Positions 45,890-54,296 of a DNA stretch of 64,000 nucleotides are shown here, in pieces (position 1 is the stretch's first letter; every line of letters begins with the position of its first letter). The stretch comes from Eubacteriales bacterium (GTDB taxonomy: Bacteria; Bacillota; Clostridia; Oscillospirales; CAG-272): contig JAZSIF010000044.1 in NCBI GenBank assembly GCA_045533675.1, positions 5,254-69,253 on the forward strand, written 5' to 3'. The notes under the pieces were generated by a model that had not been told where the DNA came from, searched no databases, and saw only the letters and a program-made list of their open reading frames with translations. Position numbers and translations under genes: made by a program.

Positions 45890-46660
45890 ATGAAGATACT
45901 TGCCATCGGCGACGTGGTGGGGACCCGCGCCGTCGAATATTTGAAGGGAAACCTTTGGCGCGAGCGGGAGAAGCTTTCTGCGGATTTCGTGGTAGTCAAC
46001 GGCGAGAACGCTACCGATATTCACGGGATCTCGGGAAGGGACGCACAGGAGCTTTTGTCGGCGGGTGCCGATCTCATTACCCTTGGGAATCATACCTATG
46101 GGAGAAGGGACATCTGCGCGCTGCTCGGCGACTCGGAGGCGATCATCCGTCCCGCCAATTATCCGCCCTTAGCCCCCGGTGCGGGCTATATCATCCTCAA
46201 CGTGTCGGGCTGGCGGATCCTTGGGATCAACGTCATGGGAACGGCACTGATGGAATCCTTGGCTTGTCCCTTCTCCACCGTGGACCGTATTCTCGAACGG
46301 GAGCGGGGAAGCTATGATTTTGCCCTCATGGATATTCACGCCGAGACGACCTCGGAGAAGATCGCCCTCGGACGCTATTTTGACGGGCGTGTTGCCGTCA
46401 TGTTTGGAACGCACACCCACGTGCAGACCGCGGACGAGCAGATTTTGCCCAAGGGCAGCGGATACATCACCGATCTCGGCATGACGGGACCCACGGACGG
46501 CGTCATCGGAACCGACGCGGCATGCGTCATTGAGAAATTCCGTACCAAAATGCCCGTTCGCTTTCAAGTAGCGGAGGGCGCCATTCAAGCGCAGGGCGCG
46601 CTCTTTACCGTTGATCCCGATACCGCTCGGGTCACCGAGGTTCGACGGGTACGATTTTGA
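45890..46660 (+). CDS. ymdB: TIGR00282/YmdB-family metallophosphoesterase
   Basis: 256-aa ORF with MKILAIGDVVG..NGENA..GNH motifs. Confidence 0.9.
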   Translation: MKILAIGDVVGTRAVEYLKGNLWREREKLSADFVVVNGENATDIHGISGRDAQELLSAGADLITLGNHTYGRRDICALLGDSEAIIRPANYPPLAPGAGYIILNVSGWRILGINVMGTALMESLACPFSTVDRILERERGSYDFALMDIHAETTSEKIALGRYFDGRVAVMFGTHTHVQTADEQILPKGSGYITDLGMTGPTDGVIGTDAACVIEKFRTKMPVRFQVAEGAIQAQGALFTVDPDTARVTEVRRVRF

Positions 46661-46670
46661 GGAGGAAATC

Positions 46671-47063
46671 ATGGAACAGCCGCTGAATTCCTATTCCACC
46701 GCGTCCTTGGCGTATCTTGGAGACTGTGTCCTTGAGCTGTGCGTCCGAGAGCATTTGGTAAAGCTTGGGCTTTCCTCATCCGCAAGGCTCAACAAGGAGG
46801 CGCTGGAATACGTCCGTGCCACCAAGCAGGCAAGAGCCATGGAAAGAATTCTCCCCCATTTGTCCGAGGAGGAGGCGGCGGTCTTTCGCCGCGGCAGAAA
46901 TATCGGGCATACCAATACCCCGAAATCCGCGACGGTAGCCGAATACCGAAGCGCCACGGGAATGGAGACCCTCTTCGGCTATCTCCACTTGGCGGGCAGG
47001 CGGGAGCGGATTCAAGAGCTTTTTTTGCTGGCATACGGCGAAGAGGGCAAGGAACAAGAATAA
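46671..47063 (+). CDS. mrnC: Mini-ribonuclease III
   Basis: ORF track 46611..47063. GAGGAGG RBS before ATG 46671. LAYLGDCVLE RNase III signature. Confidence 0.88.
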   Translation: MEQPLNSYSTASLAYLGDCVLELCVREHLVKLGLSSSARLNKEALEYVRATKQARAMERILPHLSEEEAAVFRRGRNIGHTNTPKSATVAEYRSATGMETLFGYLHLAGRRERIQELFLLAYGEEGKEQE

Positions 47064-47108
47064 AATGATTTTGAAATAAACCCAAAGTGAAAGAAAGGAT
47101 AAAAGAAA

Positions 47109-47615
47109 ATGACAAATCCGATGATTCAGATCCAAGTAAGGGATTATGGAACGATGACTGCCGAGCTCTTCCCCGAGAAGGCTCCCGTGACCGTCGAGAA
47201 CTTTTTGAAGCTGATCGAAGAGGGCTTTTTCAACGGTCTGATCTTCCACCGTGTTATTGAAGGCTTTATGATTCAGGGCGGTGGCTACGACGAGCATATG
47301 GAGCATAAGGACACCGAGTCCATCGTGGGCGAGTTTACTCAGAACGGCTTTGAAGGCAATGACCTTAAGCACGAAAGAGGAGTGCTGTCCATGGCACGTA
47401 CATCCGATCCCAATTCCGCCTCCTCCCAGTTCTTTATCATGCACAAGAACGCGCCCCATCTCGACAATCAGTACGCAGGCTTCGGTATTCTGACCGACGG
47501 CTTTGACGTGCTGGATGCCATCGCCGCCGTTCCTACGGGTATCTACGGCTGGTATATGCAGGACGTTCCGAGAACTCCTGTGGTCATCGAGTCTATGACT
47601 GTGGTGAACAGATAA
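47109..47615 (+). CDS. Cyclophilin-type peptidyl-prolyl cis-trans isomerase
   Basis: 168-aa ORF with FHRVIEGFMIQGG and SQFFI motifs. Confidence 0.93.
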   Translation: MTNPMIQIQVRDYGTMTAELFPEKAPVTVENFLKLIEEGFFNGLIFHRVIEGFMIQGGGYDEHMEHKDTESIVGEFTQNGFEGNDLKHERGVLSMARTSDPNSASSQFFIMHKNAPHLDNQYAGFGILTDGFDVLDAIAAVPTGIYGWYMQDVPRTPVVIESMTVVNR

Positions 47616-47623
47616 GAGTACGC

Positions 47624-47828
47624 GGGTCTGCTTTTTTCCTCCGCTACGGTGCGGGGTACGCAAAACTTTTTTATTTAAAAAAGAAACCCGTCGGGACGCA
47701 GCAGGGTCCGACGGGTTTTTACCTTAGAGAAAAAAGTTTCAATGATAGAGCACACGATGCGTAGAACGTGATGGAATAAAGAGCAAAAATTTGTATGAAA
47801 AGTTTTGCCGCGCTTTTTCAAAAGCGCG
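47624..47828. repeat. F1 intergenic repeat copy (degenerate left end, hairpin-2 module, intact right end)
   Basis: Left end GGGTCTGCTTTTTTCCTCCGC..CGCAAAACTTTTTTAT. Right end ATTTGTATGAAAAGTTTTGCCGCGCTTTTTCAAAAGCGCG (47789-47828). Confidence 0.75.
47683..47720. terminator. Bidirectional terminator hairpin (F1 hairpin-2 module)
   Basis: GAAACCCGTCGG..CCGACGGGTTT, flanked by A6 upstream and T5 downstream. It lies between convergent ppiase and ylbJ-like genes. Confidence 0.8.
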
Positions 47829-47866
47829 AAAAAAACCTCATCTTAACTAACTCCCCACAACCCTCC

Positions 47867-48865
47867 TCACAAGCCTCCCCACAAGCAAATTCCCATCAGG
47901 AGAAGATTCAGCGTTCCTTGGACGAGCTTAGCCAAGAGGTAGGGCAAAAGGGAGATGCGGGCGGGGGCGCAGATGGAAGCGATCTGGCAATGGACCGAAA
48001 GTCCCGAAAAGCCCCCGAGGAACGCCGCCAAGAGGTAGGAAAGAGGTTCCTCACAGAGAGCGGCACGGGTCATGCCCCCCGTCATTTCAAAGAAACCGAG
48101 CAGAAGCGCCGAGGAGGGAGAGGAAGAAGCGGCACCTCCCAAGATATGAGCAAGGACACCTGTCAGGGTGTAGAAAAAGAGCACGAACCCGAGGACCGAA
48201 AGCAGGGCGCTGACCGAGGAGGTCACGGCATGGCAGAAGAGCAGGGGGACTGAGGGGGATTCTTCCTTGGAAGTGGGAGCGGGGGCTTTTGGCGATCCTT
48301 TCGGAAGATCGGCGGCATTGCCCGCGAAGAAGCGGATTCCCACTCCCAAAATGAGGGAGGAAAGAAACGTAACGAGACACAGGAAAATGCCGATCCTCAG
48401 ATCCCCGAAGAGGGCGGCGCCCACACCCCCGAGGAGAAAGGAGATGCTCGGATTGTTGGAGAAGAGCAGGAGACGGCGAAGCTCACAAGCGCCGATCCTC
48501 CCCTTTCGATAGAGCTCCATTCCCGAGGAGGCGGCAACGGGAAATCCGCAGAGAAGCCCTAAAATCCACACGCAGCCGCTTTCCCCTCCCACGCCGAAGA
48601 GACGTCGGCAAAGGGGAGCGAGGAGACGGGAGAGTGGGGTGAGAATGCCCGAGGAGACGATCATGGCGGACAGCACCATAAAGGGAAAGAGGGCAGGGAT
48701 TACCCGTGAAAAGCAAAGGAGCAGACCCTCGTTTACAAGGGAAAGGCTCCGATCGGAATCATAGAGAAAGAGAAAAAGAAGGGACAGGCTGACCATGCCG
48801 AAGAGGGAGAGGGGTAGCGAGCGTCCCTCTTTTCTTTTTTTCGGCTTTTCTCTCGGTTCGGTCAT
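47867..48865 (-). CDS. ylbJ: YlbJ-like sporulation integral membrane protein (nucleoside-recognition domain type)
   Basis: 332-aa polytopic ORF. General resemblance to YlbJ, divergent from yqfC-yqfD. Confidence 0.6.
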   Translation of the reverse strand: MTEPREKPKKRKEGRSLPLSLFGMVSLSLLFLFLYDSDRSLSLVNEGLLLCFSRVIPALFPFMVLSAMIVSSGILTPLSRLLAPLCRRLFGVGGESGCVWILGLLCGFPVAASSGMELYRKGRIGACELRRLLLFSNNPSISFLLGGVGAALFGDLRIGIFLCLVTFLSSLILGVGIRFFAGNAADLPKGSPKAPAPTSKEESPSVPLLFCHAVTSSVSALLSVLGFVLFFYTLTGVLAHILGGAASSSPSSALLLGFFEMTGGMTRAALCEEPLSYLLAAFLGGFSGLSVHCQIASICAPARISLLPYLLAKLVQGTLNLLLMGICLWGGL

Positions 48866-48928
48866 GCTACGTGCTCTCCCCTCATAAAATGCAGTAATGG
48901 TACATCCTACGGATGAGGGCAGAAAAAT

Positions 48929-49249
48929 ATGCGAAAGGACGGGTCTTGTATGGGAAGGAAGCGGGAAAATCGGGAAGAGAGAGGGAGCGTCAAGGAACGG
49001 CTGTGCCGCGCGCTGGATCTGCCCCCCGACGTGTTTCCGGGGGAGAGCCTTGTGGAGATTCGGGGCAGAGGATTTCTGTCGGTCAGCGGCTGTCGGGGAA
49101 TCCTCGACTACACCCCTGACGAGATCCGTCTTTCGCTGAGGAAGGGAAGTCTGAGGGTAGAGGGCAAACGGCTGATCTGTACCTCCTACCTTGCGGGGGC
49201 GGTGGGAATTGACGGACAGATCCTCTCGGTACGCTTTGAGGAGGAATGA
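48929..49249 (+). CDS. yqfC: Sporulation protein YqfC
   Basis: 106-aa ORF. LDLPPDV..VEIRG..L.V.G..L.I motifs, followed by yqfD. An alternative start at ATG 48950 is possible. Confidence 0.85.
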   Translation: MRKDGSCMGRKRENREERGSVKERLCRALDLPPDVFPGESLVEIRGRGFLSVSGCRGILDYTPDEIRLSLRKGSLRVEGKRLICTSYLAGAVGIDGQILSVRFEEE

Positions 49250-50454
49250 TCATGCCACATCCTCTTCTTTTTTTGCTGGGCTACCGCGCGATCACCGCCA
49301 AGCGGGAGGATGCGGCACGGCTTTGCGAGCTTTGCAGACAAAAGGGCTTTGTTTATCGCCGATTGACCTTTTCGGAGGAATCGGTTACCTTCCGTTGTTC
49401 TATCGGAACGGCAAAACGGCTTAAAGCCGAAGCCTACGGGCAGGGGCTCGCCATCCGCGTGGGAGAGGTGAAGGGGCTGCCCGGCATTCTGTACGAGCGT
49501 CGGTATCGGTTTGGAATCCCTTTTGGAATTCTGTTCTGTGTGTTTTTCTTTGTTTGGTCGGAGGGGACCCTTTTCTCGATTCGGGTGGATGGAAATTCCA
49601 AGCTCAGTGATGAGGAAATTATCGAGGAGCTTTCGGCATGTGGGCTTTCTGTGGGGGACTCTCTCCGAGGGCTTGATACCTCAATCCTCGAAAACCGTGT
49701 GCTCATCGCCTCGGAGGACATTGCCTGGATCAGCGTCAATCTGCGGGGCAACGTAGCCCACGTGGTAGTCAGGGAGCGGGAAGCCCCTCCCGCGGAGGAG
49801 CGGGCGGATGCCTCGAATCTGGTTGCCAAGCGGGGCGGGATCATTGAGTGGATGGAGGAGATCCGCGGCGAGATCGTGGTTGAAGTGGGGGATGCGGTGG
49901 CAGAGGGAGACCTTCTCGTGAGCGGCGTTTACGGAAAAGAGGACGGACCTCTCCGCATTTCCCGCGCCTCGGGACGGGTCTACGCGCGAACACAGCGGCA
50001 ATTCGAGGTTCGGATTCCCCTTGCCTATGAAAAAAAGGAGTACACGGGGGAGGTCCTCTCCGAAAAATATTTGATTTTCTTTAAAAAAGAAGTAAAATTT
50101 TTCGCAAATACTGGAAATTTACCCCCCACTTGTGATACAATAGAAAGGGTAGAGCATTTCGGTCTGCGGGAGGACAGCACCCTGCCTGTGGGGATTCGCA
50201 CCGTGGAGTTTCTCGAATACCGCACGGTGGAAGCCAAACGATCTCCCGATGCCGCCGAGGAGCTGGCGTATTACTATCTGCGCTTGCGGATGGAGAGCGA
50301 GATCCCCGAGGGGATGCTGGTTCGGAAATCCCTCCGTACCGAGCTGACTGACGAAGAATTCGTGCTCTATTGCGATGCCGAATATATTGAGGATATTGCC
50401 GAAGTAAAAAATATAGAAGTAGAAGGGAGCCTTGCTCCCGCGGAGAGAGAATGA
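49246..50454 (+). CDS. yqfD: Sporulation protein YqfD
   Basis: 402-aa ORF overlapping the yqfC stop. One central TM. Typical yqfC-yqfD-phoH order. Confidence 0.85.
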   Translation: MIMPHPLLFLLGYRAITAKREDAARLCELCRQKGFVYRRLTFSEESVTFRCSIGTAKRLKAEAYGQGLAIRVGEVKGLPGILYERRYRFGIPFGILFCVFFFVWSEGTLFSIRVDGNSKLSDEEIIEELSACGLSVGDSLRGLDTSILENRVLIASEDIAWISVNLRGNVAHVVVREREAPPAEERADASNLVAKRGGIIEWMEEIRGEIVVEVGDAVAEGDLLVSGVYGKEDGPLRISRASGRVYARTQRQFEVRIPLAYEKKEYTGEVLSEKYLIFFKKEVKFFANTGNLPPTCDTIERVEHFGLREDSTLPVGIRTVEFLEYRTVEAKRSPDAAEELAYYYLRLRMESEIPEGMLVRKSLRTELTDEEFVLYCDAEYIEDIAEVKNIEVEGSLAPAERE

Positions 50455-51494
50455 CACAAAAAACCGTACTGATCGAGAACAGTGAGCTGACCGCCCGTCT
50501 GTTCGGAAGCTATGACGTGAATGCCCGCATGGTGGAGCGTGCCTTTTCGGTGACTCTGCGCAACCGTGCCTCCGAGGAGGGGGACGCGGTCCTCATCAGC
50601 GGCGAGGACGAGGAGTCTGTCCGCATGGCGGCGGACGCGGTCCGCTATATGAGGGACATGGCAAAAAAGGGAGAGACCCTTACGGAGCAACAGGTGGGCT
50701 ACGTCATTGACACCCTCAAGGAGGGAAAGGCAGAGGAGCTTGCGGGGCTTCAGGGGGACTGTATCTGTATCACCACCAAGGGAAAGCCCATCAAGGCAAA
50801 GACGGCGGGACAGAAGCAGTACGTGAACGCCATTGAGAGGAATACGGTCGTGTTTGGCATCGGACCCGCGGGAACGGGTAAGACCTTTCTGGCGGTTGCC
50901 ATGGCGGTCAAGGCGCTGAGAGATAAGCAGGTCAGCCGTATTATTCTCACCCGCCCCGCCATTGAAGCGGGAGAGAAGCTTGGCTTTCTGCCGGGGGATC
51001 TGCAAAGCAAGATCGACCCCTATCTCCGACCCCTGTATGACGCCATGTACGAAATGCTTGGGGCGGAGAATTATCAAAGACAGTTAGAAAAAGGGGTTAT
51101 TGAGATCGCCCCCTTGGCGTATATGCGAGGGCGGACTCTGGATGACAGCTTCATTATCTTAGACGAGGCGCAGAACGCCACCCCCGAGCAGATGAAGATG
51201 TTTCTCACCCGTCTCGGATTCAATTCCAAGGCGGTGATCACGGGAGATCTCACACAGACCGACCTGCCCGCGGGACACAAGAGCGGACTTTCGGTGGCGG
51301 TCAAGATTCTCGGCGGGGTGGAGGATATTGCCATCCACACCTTCACCGACCGTGACGTGGTTCGTCACAAGCTGGTGCAGAGGATCATCCGCGCCTATGA
51401 GAAATACGAGCAAAGCGAACAGGAAAAGCAAGAAAAAAAGGCAGCCGCCAAGCGTTACCGCGCGGAGCGGGCGAATAAAGGAGACGTACAATGA
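50451..51494 (+). CDS. phoH: PhoH-family ATPase
   Basis: 347-aa ORF with GPAGTGKT Walker A and ILDEAQN Walker B. ATGA overlap with yqfD. Confidence 0.93.
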   Translation: MTQKTVLIENSELTARLFGSYDVNARMVERAFSVTLRNRASEEGDAVLISGEDEESVRMAADAVRYMRDMAKKGETLTEQQVGYVIDTLKEGKAEELAGLQGDCICITTKGKPIKAKTAGQKQYVNAIERNTVVFGIGPAGTGKTFLAVAMAVKALRDKQVSRIILTRPAIEAGEKLGFLPGDLQSKIDPYLRPLYDAMYEMLGAENYQRQLEKGVIEIAPLAYMRGRTLDDSFIILDEAQNATPEQMKMFLTRLGFNSKAVITGDLTQTDLPAGHKSGLSVAVKILGGVEDIAIHTFTDRDVVRHKLVQRIIRAYEKYEQSEQEKQEKKAAAKRYRAERANKGDVQ

Positions 51495-51976
51495 AAGACA
51501 GAGTGATGATCTATTTTGCCAACCAACAGAAGGAGGGGGTCATTAGCTATGCCCTCAAAATGCTTTTGCGCCGTGCCGTGGTGGCGACCCTTGACTATGA
51601 GGGCTTCTCAAACGAATGCTCGGTGTCCATCACCTTTACCGACAACGAGGGAATTCGGGAGCTGAATCGGGAGCATCGGAATATGGACCGTCCCACCGAC
51701 GTGCTTTCCTTTCCTCTCATTGATTTTGAGGGGGGCGAGGAGCCCTCGGTGGACGAGCCTGTGGTCATGCTGGGAGACATCGTTCTTTCCCTGGAAAAGG
51801 CAGAGGAGCAGGCAGGGGAGTATGGACACAGCTTTGAGAGAGAAACGGCATTTCTTTGCGTTCATTCCATGCTCCACCTCCTCGGCTACGACCACGTAGG
51901 GAGTGATGAGGAGGATGCTGAAATGCGCCGCCGCCAGAGAGAGATTCTCGAAAATATGGGGCTTTCGGTGAAATAA
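51491..51976 (+). CDS. ybeY: rRNA maturation endoribonuclease YbeY
   Basis: 161-aa ORF with HSMLHLLGYDH zinc motif. Confidence 0.94.
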   Translation: MKDRVMIYFANQQKEGVISYALKMLLRRAVVATLDYEGFSNECSVSITFTDNEGIRELNREHRNMDRPTDVLSFPLIDFEGGEEPSVDEPVVMLGDIVLSLEKAEEQAGEYGHSFERETAFLCVHSMLHLLGYDHVGSDEEDAEMRRRQREILENMGLSVK

Positions 51977-52021
51977 GGGATGAAGAAAGAATGACCGAGG
52001 TTATCCTTGCTCGATGCAACC

Positions 52022-52224
52022 TGTCATCCTGAGCGAAGCCGAAGTTTTGTTGAGTGGAGCGTAAGCGCAACGATGCAAAACCGAGGAGCGATAGCGACGA
52101 TGGGATCTCCAAGGACTTACCCGTGTCATTCCTATTCGAAGAATATATTCTTTGAGGACGGAGGGATACGGAAACTCCTCAACAGATCCCTGCGAGCCTT
52201 ACGGCTCTTGCTTCGGGATGACAC
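52022..52224 (-). mobile_element. F2 element copy 3 (diverged, inverted relative to copies 1 and 2)
   Basis: TGTCATCCTGAGCGAAGC at 52022 and GGGATGACAC ending at 52224. The interior is roughly 75-80 percent similar by eye to the reverse complement of copy 1 (for example CGAAGTTTTG.., AAAACCGAGGAGC, GGGATCTCC, GACTTACCCG). Confidence 0.55.
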
Positions 52225-52272
52225 AGAGGGGGATGTGAGGTGGTTGTGGTTTGCGTTTGGAAAGGGACAAGT

Positions 52273-52554
52273 ATGTATTGTGTTTATATACTCACAAGTG
52301 AACAGAACACCGTCATGTATATCGGAGTAACAAATGACTTGTATCGACGTCTTCGAGAACACAATGCCGAAGAAATCCCGAGCTTTACTAAAAAATATCG
52401 GGTTCATAAGCTTGTCTATTTTGAAACCTATTCCGAAATAAACGACGCGCTCCATCGTGAAAAACAACTAAAGAGGTGGACTCGTGTCAAAAAAAATTTA
52501 CTTGTGGAATCCAAAAACCCCAACTGGGAAGATTGGGGAAAGAATTTTTTCTAA
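52273..52554 (+). CDS. GIY-YIG nuclease-family protein (small, UPF0213-like)
   Basis: ORF track 52240..52554. AAGGGA RBS before ATG 52273. Motifs YVYILTS..MYIGVTNDL..R..EH and REKQLKRW. Hand count gives 106 G+C in 282 nt. Confidence 0.88.
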   Translation: MYCVYILTSEQNTVMYIGVTNDLYRRLREHNAEEIPSFTKKYRVHKLVYFETYSEINDALHREKQLKRWTRVKKNLLVESKNPNWEDWGKNFF

Positions 52555-52587
52555 AAGAGATTTTTATAAAACAGAAAGAGAACAACT

Positions 52588-53475
52588 ATGAAAAAGACAG
52601 GATTTATCGCCATTGTAGGCCGTCCCAACGTGGGGAAATCGACGCTGCTCAATTCCATTCTCGGAGAGAAGGTCGCCATTGTGTCCTCCAAGCCCCAGAC
52701 CACGAGAAACCGCATCGCGGGAATCTTTACCCGCGGGGAGGAGCAGTTCGTGTTTTTGGATACCCCCGGCATCCACAGACCCAAGAACTCCCTCGGGGAA
52801 TACATGGTCAAGGCGGCGGACACTTCCATGCGTGAAGCGGATGCTCTGGTGCTGGTGGTGGACACGGGTAAGGATATTTCTCCCGTGGAGGAGAACGTGA
52901 TCGCCTACCTGAAAAAGAGCGGCATTCCCTCGGTGCTGGCGCTGAATAAAATCGATCAGGTCAACCGTGAGGAGCTGGCAAAAACCATCAGTCTTTATGC
53001 CGAAAAGCACGACTTCTCCGCCTTTGTGCCCATTAGCGCGCGGAGCGGAAAGAACGTCGGGGAGCTTTTGGACGAGTGCGCCAAATTCTTAGAGGAATCC
53101 CCTTGGTTTTTCCCCGAGGATATGATCACCGACCAGCCCGAGCGGCAGATTGCCGCCGAGATCATCCGTGAGAAAATTCTCCGTACCCTCAATAAGGAAG
53201 TGCCCCACGGCACGGCAGTGGTCATTGAGGAATTCAAGGAAGAGGGAAGTCTCATTCGCATCCGCGCCGAGATATTCTGCGAAAAGGCGTCCCATAAGGG
53301 AATTTTGGTGGGTAAGAATGGCGCGTCCTTAAAGCTCATCGGAACGTATGCCCGTGAGGAGCTGGAGAAGATGCTGGGTGTGAAGGTCTACCTGAACCTT
53401 TGGGTCAAGGTCAAGGAAAACTGGCGGGAAAGCGCCAGAACTGTCAGCAATTTCGGCTATCGTGACGAGGAATAA
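52588..53475 (+). CDS. era: GTPase Era
   Basis: 295-aa ORF. GRPNVGKST, DTPG and NKID G-motifs plus a C-terminal KH domain. Confidence 0.95.
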   Translation: MKKTGFIAIVGRPNVGKSTLLNSILGEKVAIVSSKPQTTRNRIAGIFTRGEEQFVFLDTPGIHRPKNSLGEYMVKAADTSMREADALVLVVDTGKDISPVEENVIAYLKKSGIPSVLALNKIDQVNREELAKTISLYAEKHDFSAFVPISARSGKNVGELLDECAKFLEESPWFFPEDMITDQPERQIAAEIIREKILRTLNKEVPHGTAVVIEEFKEEGSLIRIRAEIFCEKASHKGILVGKNGASLKLIGTYAREELEKMLGVKVYLNLWVKVKENWRESARTVSNFGYRDEE

Positions 53476-53481
53476 GCGCTC

Positions 53482-54276
53482 ATGAAGAAGACCGTGGACG
53501 GGCTCATCCTGCGGGAAAGACCCACGGGGGAGAGCGATAAGCTTCTGACCGTTCTGACAGCAGAGGAGGGAAGGGTCACCATGATCGCCAAGGGCGCCCG
53601 TTCCTCCCGTTCCAAGCTTTTGTCGGTCTGTCAGCTTTACAATTACGTCAATTTGGAATATTACGAAAAGAACGACCTGCGATGGGCATCGGGGGGATCG
53701 ATCAACGAGAATTTTTTTAAAATCTCCGAGGAGCTGGAGGGAGCGGCACTGGCGGCGTACCTCTCCGAGATTGCCATCGAGATCACGGGAGAGGGCGTAC
53801 CCGCCCCCGAGATTCTCCGCGCGCTGCTCAACTGTCTCTATTGCATCCGAGAGGGGAAAAAGCCGAAGGAACAGATCAAGGCGGTCTTTGAATGGTTTGC
53901 CGTCTCGGTATCGGGATTTTCTCCCGCCCTTGACGCTTGCGCCGAGTGCGGAAAGGCATTTGCCGCCGACCTTTGGCTGGACGTGATGAACGGACACCTG
54001 CTTTGCGGCGACTGTCTCGGAACGCGCAAGGGAGGAAGTGTTCCCACGGAGGAGGACGAGTATCGGGCAAGAAATATTCTTCTGCCCCTCACTCCTTGGG
54101 CATTGGCTTCGATTCGTTACATTCTGTCCGCTCCCATTTCCCGCGTGTTGGCTTTTTCCGCAAACGACTCGGAGGGCATGGAGAATCTGGCGAGAGCGGC
54201 AGAGGTGTATCTGCTTAACCACCTGGAGAGAAGCTTCCCCACCTTGGAGTTTTACCGCAGCGTGACCCATGAATGA
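53482..54276 (+). CDS. recO: DNA repair protein RecO
   Basis: 264-aa ORF. OB-fold N-terminus and Cys4 motif (CAECG..CGDC). Conserved position after era. Confidence 0.9.
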   Translation: MKKTVDGLILRERPTGESDKLLTVLTAEEGRVTMIAKGARSSRSKLLSVCQLYNYVNLEYYEKNDLRWASGGSINENFFKISEELEGAALAAYLSEIAIEITGEGVPAPEILRALLNCLYCIREGKKPKEQIKAVFEWFAVSVSGFSPALDACAECGKAFAADLWLDVMNGHLLCGDCLGTRKGGSVPTEEDEYRARNILLPLTPWALASIRYILSAPISRVLAFSANDSEGMENLARAAEVYLLNHLERSFPTLEFYRSVTHE

Positions 54277-54296
54277 AGTAAAGAAAGATAGAACAT

